Assembly: GCF_003704095.1 (NCBI RefSeq)
Contig: NW_020846105.1
Span: 186,001 to 243,311, forward strand
Origin: Pocillopora damicornis
Lineage: Eukaryota
Reading direction: 5' to 3'
DNA length: 57,311 nucleotides
Positions 38,553-52,614 of the stretch are shown here, in pieces. The translations under genes and the position numbers were made by a program. Under the pieces are notes generated by a model. That model saw only the letters and a program-made list of their open reading frames with translations. It was not told where the DNA came from and did not search any database. Each line of letters starts with the position of its first letter. Position 1 is the first letter of the stretch.

Positions 38553-40580
38553 ATGTGAAGTGCCTTTAAAAATATCTCTGTTCAATTGCTCGTCGTAGCA
38601 ACCTCTCTGGTCGTTGTGTTAACTTAATTCAATAAGAAAACTACAGAATTGAGCCCTTTGGCCAGAGAACCAGATTAAATTAAATGAAGCTAACACTGTA
38701 AGAACGGAATGTCAACGTTGTTAGGAGAACTATGATTTATGTGCGATTATGCCACATTACATACATAATGATGGAATAATCCGGTTTTTCTATTCTGTGC
38801 CAGCAAAGTAACTTAACTTGAGCGACCAAAACCATATTAGTTTGGCTTATCAACTTTTGTGACTCACCAACGCTTAGTAAGTAACATCATGGCTGTGAAA
38901 AAAAGGAACAAGGGGAGCGGATATCAAATTACTCAGCAATTTATGAAGGACATGTATCCTCAGCATAATAGCTTAAGTTAAAATGATATTAATTGGGAGG
39001 TTTGAAGGTTTTTTCCTGTCCTTCAGATATTTTCTATGAGAAATGGTAATTATAATCTTATACAAGGCAACGTAAACATTTGTCTGCTTGCTGCGACAAA
39101 AAAAATGCTACGGGAATTAACCAAAAATATTATCTTAAAGGATATTAAAATGATTGATAGACCAGCATTCACCTAGCATTCTTCAGTTTAAGCAGCTTTT
39201 CGTTTTCCAATATCGTATTTGCTACATGCCTAATATTACGTCATGCTATATTGTATATGACTTGAAACAGCCAAATTTGTTTTCAGTATCCATACTCCTA
39301 AGGATAAACATGAGAGGTACATAATATGGTACAGTAATCTAATTGTGTTTCTCTCTTAGTAATGAGAGCATTTTTGGTGTAAAAGCAATATTATTATGAT
39401 ATATATTCTTACTGACTTCGGGTGGATGGCACTTTCATGCTTTTATTCCAGCTCTAACTGACTTTAAACCCCTAACAAATTCAACCGATCTAAAGTCAGA
39501 TGATAGTAGAGCAGATTTTTATTGCTTTTTGCCTTTTCCTTTTTTTTTAGTCACTAAACATCTTGATCGCATGCTGAAAGCGTAACGAATGTGTTACACC
39601 TTCACAGAGATCGTTTCAATTAGCAATGAATGGAAAAAACCGTCACTAGCAATCGTTTTCTTAGCAGCTCTTTGAATTCTATCTTGTATCTGTTGTAGAA
39701 TTGAAGCAGCCAACCATGGACTTACCATGAGATAAGCACGGCGAGAACTGTGCTGAGAAAGCCAGCAAGTCGTTACTAGAAATCTTCAATGGCACTCATA
39801 GATGTGACCATTCGTTTTTTTGTTTTTTGTTTTTTTTTTGCTGAAGAACTCTTCAGTCCTATAGCAATGTGACAAAAAGACATCCATCCCAGGAAGGAGG
39901 CCTCTAAACAATACACAGTGATAATTTATATTAATTGTGCGGCCCAATCGTTGACGTTAACACTCAAGTAAGCATATAGAAATTCTAATTCATATCGTAT
40001 ACACATTAGTTTTAGTTGTGAAAAGTCCATGTGAAGTGCTTGATTCGAGCAGTCATATCAATATTTTAAAATTATTACTTTCTTTTATTGTTAGCCAGAA
40101 CTACCATACACAAAAGCAGGAAAATAAAACTACAACATTAATGTCACTTATTGAGCTTGATCGCAAGACTACATCTGCTTTGTCCACTGTATGTTTTATC
40201 GCTGATTAGTTTGCTTATGCAATTTTTCATTTACCTGCCAAGACTGTTAACATATCGTTCACAGTCAAGCTGAAGACGAGGTGATTATACGATGAGTGCA
40301 GGAATTGACGATGTCGGAGTATAAACGATTATTGTTGGTGTATCACAAAATGTTTAAGTCAATCGCTTTAAAAATTTCAGCTAAATTAAGTGAAATAAGT
40401 TACAGTAATGCCAACATCTTTAGAACTCCTAGAATGGGCAACCGCAGTCCAAAACTAGTCAGACATACTTGACTGTCAAATTAGCGGGTCTATTCTGTTT
40501 AAGACTCCTGAGTAACTTTTATGAATGTACTTTGCCACAGTATTACCATGAATTTATTATGGCAAACACTTTGGCAAATA

Positions 40581-42070
40581 TTATCTAGAGTCTTGCAGCT
40601 GCAGTTCACATCCGTAGTTAACATAATGAAACCCCAACAAAACTCCACCGTCAAAAACCTCCGCTTGATTATTTCTGTCCCCCTCCTGCGACTGCAATCC
40701 TTGATCGTGAGTTAAAGTAAAACTGCGTTTTCTTTTCCACAGGAAACAATTAAAAAGGGGACACAATATAGACTTAAAGCCTCTTCTATATTGTTGATTG
40801 GTATAGCAATAGACTATTGGATTGATTGATGAATTGAACATGGCTAAGACTATTGTAAAGTGGTGAAAAGGTGTCTCAAGCTTTACGAATTCAAACGTTG
40901 ATAAAGCGAAGTAAAGCTGGTTTGGAAACCAACAGAGAGTTAACAATAACGCTACTATGATGCACATGCGTAGAAGCTTGAATCGAGTACGACTGACGCG
41001 TTTGTTGTGTCTTCCTGGAAAACTCCTTGACGACAGAGATATATGTAAATACGTAACCCACGTTACTGTGGTTGGGATGAAAAATGTCACAATAGTGTAT
41101 GTGATTGCTAAGAACTTTTGGGGATAGTCAGTGCTAACCCAAATGCACCTGAGTTTGTCTTTGTCGAGGGTCATTCCAAATGGGAGAAAAACATGTGATA
41201 GCAGACAAATGAACCATATGATACCAAGGTAGATAAGGACTCGTCGTTTCTTAAATGCTAACTTGTATTTTATAGGTTTGACCACAGAGTACCACCTCTC
41301 CAAGGCAAGGCTTGTAACTGAGAAAACAGAAATCTTGCCTAGGAGGAAGACAAAATACTGAGAACCAATGATCTTACAGAAGATCACACCCAACTTGCCA
41401 GGTGGAGCCTGGTACGAGTCGAGGGCGATGAGGTAATTGGGTGTTACCGCAAGAAATATTCCTATAAATACCAAATAGAAGAAAGTGCTGTTACAGCTAT
41501 AAATTGAACGTTCTTTCACACTGACCCGTAGACACCGTAAAGGATAACATTTCAAACTAATAGATACATATGGATTCTAAACATTGATACACTAGAATGA
41601 ACTTAGCGGAGAAATACATTCATACACATGAAAAACAGAGTGATTTTTTTTTTCACACAAGGCAGGCGCTTTGAACGATTTACCTTTATTTCGGTTTTTA
41701 TGACAAGCCTTCCTTCCGGGCTCAAAGAAAGAGATGCAGTTGCGTGGTAACTTGACTCAAAGATTTGTAGGTGTTTACAAGTATATACATAATCTGTCTT
41801 TTAAGACAATTTGTGTCCTTTTAATATAACCTCAAGGGTAGAGTGTAAATTACCTGTCAGCCAGTCAGTAATAGCCAGGCTGAATATAAGCAGGTTGTAA
41901 GCTGACCTGAGCATCTTACCATTTCTCATTATTACCACACATAGAAGAGCGTTGCTCGCAAACGCCGTCAGTGCAATTATGCCGAAGGCTATCCGCAAAA
42001 GGAAAGAATAAGCCAAAGGCGAGGATGTAGAGTTGTTGGTAGAATTATCGGATCTGTTGCTGTAGATCAT
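40581..42070 (-). CDS. Class A orphan GPCR 4, ~365 aa
   Basis: Exons 42070-41854 and 41461-40581 (phase 1). N-glycosylation sequons in the N-terminus. Motifs: LAITD, ERW, KLLRMC, CWFP, NSSINPIVY. Confidence 0.9.
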
Positions 42071-45000
42071 CTAAAAAATAGTAAGACACTTGTAGGTCAA
42101 TATCTTCAGAATCATGGCCTCTCTATTGCTGATGTTATATAGTTAAAACACCATAGATTTTTTTATATGAAAAGTGTTCTCTTGACAAAAAACTCAACTG
42201 AAGGATTTATGTTATTTCTAACATCTGAAGTGATCTTTAAACAATGTTTTGAAACTTTAAGATACAACGCTTATAAAGATCCTACTAAACGATAACAATG
42301 TATCAGTAAGTCTTGCTTGAGAAACCGAACAGAGAGTTAATCATGATAACCATCTCCTTATCAACTGCAACTCATTCAGAGTAATTAAAAAGTTCCTTTT
42401 TTTTTACTTTCTGTGGATCTCATCCTCATACTGACATGATGATGGTGTGCCGGGTCGTAATCACTTTTTCCATTTTTACAATCCCTCCGTTGTACAAATG
42501 GAAGTTTAGTATCTCTCGCGGACTGAAACTTCCCTTGGCTACTTTCTATTTGAGTTAAAACTTAATATGAAGCTTTTTTCAGCGATCGTGAAATACACCT
42601 GTTTCTTAATTAGGTTCATCGTTTTTAGAAAAACTACAATAGCTGTTTTCAGGCATATCCTCAATTCAATCGAGGAATTCGTCACGGGTTTTTTGGGATT
42701 TTCTCCTGATTATCGAAATTTCTTATTGACGGAACCATTGTCTTGCGCTCATGAAAGAAAGCTACTTAACTTGAAAAAGACATCTTGCAGCAGGTAATTA
42801 GATACAAGCTAATCCATTCTCACCTATACGTCTCTTCTTCGGTATTTTGCCGTACCAAGAGAGCTGTTGTTTTTGTAAGGTTTTTGTAAGTCAGTTTTTG
42901 GTTTTATGGTTGGCTGTTTGGGTTTTTCGCGAAATACCATTTAAGTGTTTAAACCACAGAAATTTCCAAAGTTTTCCATTTTTCATGACTCGATGATATC
43001 CAAACGCTCATCCAAAACTATTATTTCCATGGAAATCAATTTATGTTACCTAATATATTTTCACTCTTAGAGAGTGTTTGCCTTTCGCTTGTTTACAAGA
43101 GTTGAGGCCACAGATTACAAGTCAAATAGATAAGCGATTTTTTACATGATATCTCACTATTTTCATGGATATCTTGATCGTTCTAATAATGTGAATGATT
43201 GCTTCTGAGGAGGAGAGAGATAAGTATCAAAAACAGGCACAGACATACCCCTGATCAAATGATAATGCATTTGACTAGCTTACCGTAAGAAATGTTTAGC
43301 TGCAAGTCATCGCTGTTAACACCATTGATTTCTTTCAAGTGAATTGGCCACTTGTTATGTGCATCTACGATTTACAAGCAGCGATTTTCATCTTCTCAAG
43401 TGCTTTACATTACTAATTTGTTTAGGATCCCCCCTTTCAAGATCCCCGAGCATCGGATATGCAGAACAAACTCTTTTACCGGACAATTTGCGTTTTCCTA
43501 AGTAATATATTGTGCTCTGTTTACACAATCTTTTTAAAAGGAGGAAGCTGGCGCTCATTCTTCACCTTGTTATGCTAATTGTGCGGCAAGAATCGTAATA
43601 AAGCATTCGGTAGAAGCGAAACTGGAAACGTTTTTTTCAGTTTTGATCCGGTTACTCTGGCCGAAACCTAATCGAGGATCATTCTGAGATTTCGTTGACA
43701 AAATGGAACTTAGAGGGTGATCAAGTTGGTGTGTTTCAAAAACAGTTGCCCGCCTGCTATCCTGATTGACCAACAGTTAAGCCAGTATATATTTTCGTCT
43801 CGATTGTTTCTTATTTTTTTGCACTCTTACCTGCCTAAGGTTTTTCTTCTACATGATTCTTTGAACAAAATAATAGTTTAAAATTTGGAATCCCGTCAGA
43901 GGCGTATGTTCCAAAACAGAGAGACTCTAGCCAACTGAACGAACGAAAGCTTTGTTTAGCGATGTGTTTTATTTTGACATGGACCATTATCAATTTATTT
44001 TAATTTGGTTATTCAATTCGCAACATCTTAAGTCATGAAGGACAATGATAAATCATACTGTTGGCAAAGTAAGGAGCCTGTTATTACAATACAATCAGTT
44101 ACACCCACGATAGCTTGTCGCCTCAAAATTGCTGAATCATTTGGTTTTTCTTAATCACTAAAACTCTTTTCAAAATTATCCACTTAGTTGAAATGCTAAT
44201 TATCACTGTATAATCTGAGCATAGGTTGCCCTACAGATGATAAGCCTTGGAAGCGTGGCATCATGCATGCCAAAAACAGCTGGTCTGATTCAGGAGAACT
44301 TATGGCTTCTTTTCTTAATCAAATTCCCTAGCTTTTTTACAATAAATTGTCATCTGCCGACGGTTCGCGCATACCCAGTAACTCAATGAGTGAATCTGAC
44401 ATCACTCTGTATTCAGGTTGTAAGACAATTTTAAAACTCTTCCCATTTTGATACATTTTTTTTAAATAGAGAATGATATTGATGAATGATACTTCTGGTC
44501 TACATAAATCAATACGAAATATGTAAACAAATACATAGAATAGAAGGCTTTCATTCTAAGATCAGATAGTTTCTTCTTGGTGAGATGTTGCGAGGATTCC
44601 CTATGATAGAGTGAAAAATAAGTAGAGTTTAACCTTGGACTACTGTTTTGATTCGTCTAAGATGACCATACGAAAGTCGACAATCGCGGTATTTGGTCAA
44701 AAATTGAAAAGCTTCATATTTTGCTTGGACACTCAGGAGCTTGCAAACGTGATCTAGGAGGTTTCCTCTTTTTTTTTCGCCCAAATCAACTTCTTTGTTC
44801 TAAAAAATTCACGAAAACTGAAACGAGTGTTAATAACCCTGCGTGGCGGAAATCAGTCCCCAGACCAGAGGCACTGAGATTAAGTTTGCATGAAAAGCGC
44901 GAAAAAAGGCAAACTCATGTAGCAATTAGATAATTAAGTTATGGTTTAGGTTTAAACCAGCACCGTTTCATCTCATTTTGAGCACACAGCAAAGTTTTAC

Positions 45001-45434
45001 AAATTAGTAATATTTCCGTAAAATCCAAATATCGCATATTTTTAGCAAATTTCAGTATAACTTAGAATCGGTCCAGGTAAAGCTCGTGATAAATGGAAAT
45101 AGAGTGGCATTTTTTTGGGGGGGGGAGGGGGGTAGGGGGAGGATGTAAAGACTTCAACAAACTTGTTCATATGATGATATATATTGTTTTACCACCGAAA
45201 AGAACTGACATTACAAATACTGATTGCAGTAAATTATATCTGAAAATTATTCACAAGCTTTTTTTTTTAAGAGTTTTTTTTCTTTCGTCGCTGCAGGTGA
45301 GTATTGTCATTTTGCAGGTTTTGTGTTTCTTTGTCTAGCCGGCCTAACTTGTAACTGAAACCGTTGAAATTAATTTCAAGGACAGATGTAACATTAGCAT
45401 TATACCCGTGGTTCGAATCATATCACACGTAGTA

Positions 45435-46733
45435 TTACTTACTGTTATCTTGGTGACATAAAGCTAAGAATGTCATTATTGCTCGTCTGTATTTTCTGTT
45501 GGACACAACGTAAATCCAAGGGTTCACAAAAGAATTTGCCAGAGCAAGCGCTACTGTAAACTCACGAAATGGAGTGCCGAAGTTTAGAATAGGAAATCCG
45601 TACTGGTTTATCAAATAGCAAACTTCTGTTGGAAACCAACATACCGTCAACATTAGAGACATAATTGCACACATCCTAAGCAACCGACGTTTGTTTATTT
45701 TTCCTCGATTCTCTTTGAGAGCGTTAGACTTCTTTATTTCAACAAATATATGAAGAAAGGCAGCCCATGTGATGAAAGTTGGAAGGAAGAACGTGAGAGA
45801 CACGTAAATTATTACCACAGCAGTCTCCTGACTCTTTGCGAGAGGTAAAGGAATGAAAAAACATGAATGTTGGAAGTATTTTACGTAGAACAGCTTATAA
45901 CTCTGAAGGCAAGCGCAGCTGAACCAGATACATCTAATGTATTTGATGAGTTTCCGGTGAGAAAAGGTCTTTTGATAGTGCAATGGTTTTAATAAAACGA
46001 ACCATCTCTCGACAGCCAGACACGTGATAGTAAGCACCGATCCTTTTCCGAAGGTGAAAATGAAGAATTTAGAAAATATCATTCGACAAAATATCTCACC
46101 AGCTATGCCGCCTGGTACTGAATACAAAGACATGCCTATGACGTAGTTAGGTGTGACTATTATAAATAGACCTGAAACATCAACAAGAAATAATTATAGT
46201 AAATGTTCCGCCTTCCTCATACAGAGAGTAAGAACTATAAGGAGGAAATAGAGGAATAAAAACTTGATTAATGAAAGAGTTTCCCTTCAGAGTCCAAAAT
46301 CATCGTACTGTGATTGCGTTGTAACTAAATCTTCCTAAAAATAAATTATGGAAATTTCAAGAAATAGAATTCTTAATACGTTTACAGTTTCTTACACATT
46401 TACCATTACCACTACAACAATGTTGAGTCTGGAATGGTCATTATTTATAGAATTACTGACTCTAACAACACAACACATGCTAGTTTTCTTACCCGTGAGC
46501 ATGTCAGCGATTGCTAGGCTGGTTATCAATATATCATAACAGGTTTTTAGCGTCTTCTTTTTCCGATTCATTGCGACAAAAAACACCAAGTTACTGGTGA
46601 AGGCGAGAACCCCAATTATTCCATAAGAAACCTTCGCAATCATTCTATTATCGAAAATTTCGCCATTTTCGTTGAAAATGGAGTCAATCTCGGTTTCGTT
46701 AGTAACTCCAGAACTCAAAGTCTCGTTGAACAT
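45435..46733 (-). CDS. Class A orphan GPCR 5, ~325 aa
   Basis: Exons 46733-46493 and 46171-45435 (phase 1). Motifs: LAIAD, ERW, RLLRMC, CWFP, NSFVNPWIY. Confidence 0.9.
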
Positions 46734-48199
46734 TCTTAGTTTTCGTTTACGCAATAAACGAATTCTTTGAATTTTCTTTTGCTATTTGATGATTTAAGGA
46801 AATAATATAATGAAGGTCAAGCGTGGCTACGTAAATCCGGTAATTTTATGGTCGCGCGTCGTGAATTTACATTTTTTGAAGCACAACATGACAAAGATTA
46901 AAGTACGAAGGTTGGTTCAGACGCTTCTTATGCAGAAGATAAGTGAAAACCACACACCAATACGAGAATATTATTATTCACTATAAGATTTAAGAGGCTG
47001 GTGACACACTTAATGCAGGCTTTAATTATATCAATGTATCTGGTATTGTACATATCGGAGATTACATCGACAGGGAGCTAAAACATTACTTAAAAAGAGG
47101 AAATTTCCTCATGTACTTTTCTCAAGGAATTATTTTGTTATTCTCCGCGAACATTCTGCGATGATGTCATTCTTTTGCCTAATATAGCATTTATTTGACA
47201 ACAAGTTATTTTCTAAGAAATATATTTACCTTCAGAAAAAGTTATTTGTGATGAAAAGGTTCTTTTTTTTTGTGGACACGTCAACTTTTATATCGTAACA
47301 ATATCTCCATTGAGAGATGTTGACTTCATAGAGAAGTCACGTTTTTGCTGGGGGGAAGAGACACATATTTGAATATCACCTGCGTTTAATTTAGTCATCG
47401 AGATCTTTTAACTCGTGGGAGTAGCAGATGTCGAGCAAGGGAAATGGGTGATTTTGATCTAAAAGCCAGAAGAAACAGAGATTACAAAATTTCGAAGTGG
47501 ACTAGATGTCGATAACAGAAAATAAACAACACTTACATGATCTAAATCCAAGAAAATTATTTACATGTAACTCAAAAATGCGCGCCAACGTAGTTAGAGA
47601 GTTGTAAACAGACTTTCAATTTAGTTCTCTCTTGACAATAGATTCTGCGATATGCATGTACTCAACTTCCTTCACAACTGACTCATGTATACGATTAACT
47701 ATCTGACGAAGGTTATAATCGAAAATTGCTGTCATAGATGTTCCGGTAATCAACCGTTTTACAGTGCATATTAAAGAATTTCCAAAGTTAAGGCCTTTTA
47801 AAAATCTTCACAGTAGCTTTCCTCACGTTCCACTTTTTTTTGTTTCTTTGCCCTAAAACGTCGTCGTCGTGATTGGTGCATGTTAAAATAGTTTAGGTTA
47901 TTTGCCATACGTCAAAGACCAACAATAAAATCATGATATAGGTGGATTGTTTTTTTGTTGCTGTTTGTTTTTAATGGGAATTTCCCTGCACTTACATCGT
48001 CAGAGTTCCACAATCATCCTCTTGCATAGTTATAGATACCAGTATTGAAATGGTCCAATAATCGAACAACTATGATCTAATGTTTAAGGTTCGCAAAGGC
48101 TTTTCTCTATTATTCTCTTGTCGAAATATTTACTTGCAACTACCTTCCAGAGTTATTAGGCAGAAGCTCTCCGAATGACTGCTGTATGTGTGAAAGCGT

Positions 48200-50212
48200 T
48201 TATATGGTGTTGTTGACCTGCAGGATGACCGAACCATGTGGTGTAAATTCTGACGAATTAGCATCGGAACAGGCTATGTTGCTGAAAGACGTCATGGCTG
48301 ACAAACTGGACTCTTGCTGCATCTTACGAAGCCTGATAACACAAGGGCCGGCAGGTAAATTACCGTTTGAACTTGATTGCTCAAGATCAACTGAAAGAGA
48401 GTATCGTGATCTGTTTTTTCGAACCCAACCAAAGTACATACCGAGGTTGGTGATTTCCATGGTTACTTTAAAACAACATAGAAGTCGGATGAACTCTTTT
48501 CTGTATTCTCTGTTACTGAGGCAATAAATCCATGGATTTAAGCAGGAGTTAGACATGGCTAAAATATTGGTAAATAAGTAGAATTCAAAGGGAAGTTTCA
48601 AAATTTCAAACTTGTATAGAATGAAAAATGTTTCTGCCGGAAGCCAACATAATGTTAAAAAGAAGGCTGCTAGTGCACACATGCGCAGTAACCGCTTGGT
48701 GGCCTTGTTGTGAGAATTCAAATGGCGGCGAATGTTGGGTTGGCGCATGTGCGACCAAATGTCTCCAAAGGTTATCCAAGTGACTATGCTCGGTATGTAG
48801 AACGTGATGATCACGTGAAGAAGAATTAGGATCCGTTCCGTCCTTTCTCCGTAGAATGGAGTAACGAATGTGCAAACGCCATCTTCCGTTGTGGTGATAA
48901 AGAGTTCATTGATCTGAGTTATAGCGGCAGAGGCCCAGATTAAAGTTATGTACAGGTACAAACGTCGCTTGCTGAATGCTGTTTTGTAGCGTATGGGCTT
49001 CACTATGGAGTACCAACGATCTATAGCCAGGCACATAATCGTGGAAGTTGAAGCTTTACCAAAGATAAACAGAATGTAGGTTGAACCAATCAAACGGCAG
49101 TAAATCTCTCCTCCGAGTCCAGTTGGGTAGGGAAAGTTTTTCCTGTCGATCAGGTAGTCTGGTGTAACAACAAGGAAGATCCCTGTTTGAAAAATCAAAA
49201 TATCACTGTCTCCATTATTATATTAATTTTATATCTGCGCCACAAACTTAAAGAATTACTTTTTGAGGATCAAGGTGATTGTGGTTTTAGTCTGTCCTAC
49301 TCTTTGTCCTTTTTTTATTTAACCAATGGAAGATTTGGTGATCTGTAGCTCTAGCGAAAAATTTTATTTGAGTTTTCGATGCTTACAAGGGATAGGCGCA
49401 GGTCCAACTGAGAAGTGCGGCATGTGTTTCGTCCAAACAAAGAAGAGCAGATGTAACTTCTCAGACTTTAAATTTGATGGAGTTTGTAGTCTGCTTAATA
49501 ACATTTTGGATTTTGATTAAATGAAGTATCTACTTAGACGCTACTTGCTGATCCATGTTACCTATCACCCTTCATTAAACGATGAAGCGAAAGTACAATC
49601 TCCAACTTTAAAAAGCCAAAGCATAATCTAAATCGGTGACTTTCCACACTGGGTGCAGTGCAAGTTGTTCAGCTGGAAAGATGTCTAGCTGAACAAATAT
49701 CTGGTTTACAAGGCTGATATAAATGTCAAAGACCCAGATACATCGAAAACAAAACAGAAAAAGATGTTTGAATGGCAATTTTTTAATGGAATATTGGAAT
49801 ATTTCTCCTCTCGAAAGGAAAACAAAGGTAACAAGAATTCTATTGGAAATAGATCGGTTACTATTTTTGTAACGAAAGTCGAACAATTGGCACATCATGT
49901 CACATTTACTATTGTTGTATGACACTGTGAAACAGACGCATAAATCGTACTCGCACTACTGGTCTATTAAAACATACCTGTGAGCATATCAGTTAGGGCC
50001 AGGTTGCAAATAAGAATATTGTACGGCTTTTTCAACATTGAGCGCTTCATAAAAATGACCAGACAAAGAATCAAGTTGCCAAAAAACGAAAGGCTAGCGA
50101 TTAATCCAAACGATGTTTTCATTATAACACTGTGGTCTCTAGCTCCAACGGAAACGTTGCTATGGACAGTTTGGTTACTTGCACCATCAAGTGTAGCAGA
50201 TACGTTGTTCAT
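48200..50212 (-). CDS. Class A orphan GPCR 6, ~405 aa (proximal first exon V1 plus exon 2)
   Basis: Exons 50212-49978 (donor CAG|GTATGT) and 49182-48200 (acceptor TTCAAACAG|GG). Motifs: GN, LALTD, DRW, RLLRMC, CWLP, NSCLNPWIY. Confidence 0.9.
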
Positions 50213-50318
50213 TATTCTCAATTCCGTCAAGCAGAAAAAAATTCAATTTATCTCAAGGAAGCTTCGTAATAAACGTCGTTTTAGAGTCGGTAGACAAATA
50301 TGTCTTCAATACCTCTTG

Positions 50319-50324
50319 TTTATA
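50319..50324 (-). promoter_or_regulatory. Possible TATA box of GPCR 6 exon V1
   Basis: TATAAA on - about 110 nt upstream of the ATG. The AT-rich background makes a chance match plausible. Confidence 0.25.
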
Positions 50325-51805
50325 AAGCTGCTAACTGCTTTGTATGCCTTACGTTGATTTGCTGAAAGAAATTCCCTTTGCATATGTCAAAATGAAATCT
50401 GTACAGAGGGTTGATATGCAACGGAAGTTGGTCTAAACCATTTCACTTACGGCCATGATCAAATATTAATAGCACTATTCACATTAAGATCACTGCGGTG
50501 AGATAAAACTTTTTTGTATATGTCTAACAATGGAAATGCGACAGTGACAGGGACCGCATGGGATAAAGTAATTTGTTATCGCTTTCACCCATGTTATCCT
50601 TTTATTTAATGAATCTGAGGAGAAGTTTTCTCAACTTTTTGTGCTTTAACTCTTCTAATTAAAGGAAAGATAAGATTTTTTTTCACCAACTGATAAAACG
50701 TCGTAATTCTCGAGTGACTCTGTCGCAAAACTTCATTGCAAAAAATTATACTGCATCAAGCACTAACGAGCCAGTTCGTGAGTAATCGATCAGATATTCA
50801 ATAATCATCCAGTGTCAAAAGAATTGTGCGAAAGAAGCACAAATCAATTTCCGTTGATTGCTCAGTTTTTTGGACCGTGATTTACGGTACAAACTTCCTA
50901 AGAGTGTTGAGTGATCATTTGAGCTACTTCATGTTCACCTGTTATTGTTTGTATGTCTAAAGATCTCAATATGGCAGATATATTTTTAACTCACTGATTT
51001 TTTGATCATGGAGTCATCCTTATTTGACACTGAACTTCATACGGTGACGTTGATATCGTTCCAAATAAATCTGTCACCCTTATTGTAAAAAGCTCTTTCG
51101 TTGTGACAGCTTCTTGACGTTTCTGTACGCTTATATTATGCACTGAAGTCAACGAGATACAATTTTTTCTTATTAAAAGTTGAATCTTCCAGTCCTACTC
51201 TTTTTGTAATGGGGAGAAGTTGAAGTTTACGAATCTATTCTGCCGATAAGCGTAGCAGTTAGCTCTCATCATACTTCACAAACACGACAGGAAATTTTGA
51301 TCCTGGCTTAAGATGATAAAAATGAAATATTTACTTCATCTAACTTAAGAGATAAAAAACGAGTTGAGCTGAGTTATGAGGCGTAGTACATAGCAGGTTT
51401 ATTGTCCTTAGTTACAAGAATCAAAGCCACTACTCCTGACGATCTTAGTGTCTGATTCTCTATGAAATGATGGGTAATGAATCCTCAACCCACGCTCTCA
51501 TTTTGTAGCGATGAAGATTTCGTTCTAAGTGGTGGAGAATTAATATGAAATCTATTTTTCTAGGATGGTACTTTTCAAATAATAAAAAATCCAAATTTCA
51601 GATAATATTTGAATAGTAGGTTTTGTTTAATAAAAAGTGACCTAGGATATTAACCGAGAAATGGAAGGCGAACAAATTGCAGTTTGTATGGTGGTGGTTT
51701 TTACACAGTATAACGTTAATCATCAGTTTTACTATGTGTTTTTTTAATACCTCGATTAATTCGAATGTGAATTAATATATCATGTTTATAGTAAATGTAA
51801 CAAAC

Positions 51806-52046
51806 CTGTGAACACATCTGTGACTGCAAGATTCAAAACAAGAATATTGTAAGTCCTTCGTAACAACTGGCGACGCCGGTAGATGGCCACACATAGAAAC
51901 ACATTTCCCAGAAAAGAGAAAAATGCGATATTTCCGAAGAGAACTCGAAATATTTCAACTTTGCCTTGGAATTGGTTCGTTGGGGGCAGGAAACTTTCGT
52001 TACCCCTCGAGAAATTTGTTTTTGAGGTTAAGTTAACCCGAATCAT
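51806..52046 (-). CDS. Stand-alone GPCR first exon V2 (N-terminus, TM1, ICL1, half of TM2)
   Basis: 241 nt = 80 codons + 1. MIRVNLTS...FLGNVFLCV...TYNILVLNLAVTDVFTG. Donor CAG|GTTTGT, the same donor sequence as the SLC38A9-A exon ending at 522. No dedicated exon 2. Confidence 0.8.
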
Positions 52047-52528
52047 TGTCGTGGTGGCTGCATGTAGAGCAAGGAAAAGACAATAAAAATTGCTGAATTG
52101 CGCGTATTGATTTTCTCCAATGAAATAAGGTCGACATCACTACTACAAATTTTGAATACCTTAGATTGACGTTTGCTTGACCGTATAAAACCAGCCACCA
52201 TTTCTTGGGATTTGCTCTCAAATGTAAACAAATTACAACAAGCTATGAATCTTTATAACATGCAAGAAAACACGTTTGTTCTCGTTGTTTGCATGGAGAA
52301 GAAATCACCTTGCTAACATCGACTATGAAATAAAACGGTTGCTTATGATGTAATAATTGTATGATAATTTTCCCGGTTGTATGTAAAGAATAATAATTGT
52401 ATCTTCCGAGCACATAAGGTGGTGTCAGCAAAACACTAAAGACTTCGTTGAATCTGAATTATTTATCACACGTTATTGGACATCAAGGAAGTCGCATTCG
52501 ATGCGTTAAACGAGTAGGTCCGACTGTT

Positions 52529-52614
52529 TCAGTCAATCAGTCACTCAGCTAGTCAGTCAACAAGCTATGCAGTCAGCCTGACGCCAGTGTGCCAGTTGAC
52601 AAGTCAGTCAGTCA
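52529..52614. repeat. Degenerate (CAGT)n tract
   Basis: Interrupted CAGTCAATCAGTCA...AGTCAGTCAGTCAG. Confidence 0.6.

Noticed and set aside
45267-45445. C-terminal extension of GPCR 5 through a GTAAGT donor overlapping the last codons, or through an open frame after two stops
   Set aside because: The best downstream acceptor gives an immediate stop, the receptor is already complete through helix 8, and nothing supports it without transcripts.
48186-48527. Antisense or shadow ORFs over GPCR and tubulin exons (also 32333-32716, 37684-37956, 19132-19341)
   Set aside because: By-products of coding sequence on the other strand or frame, with no protein-like motifs.
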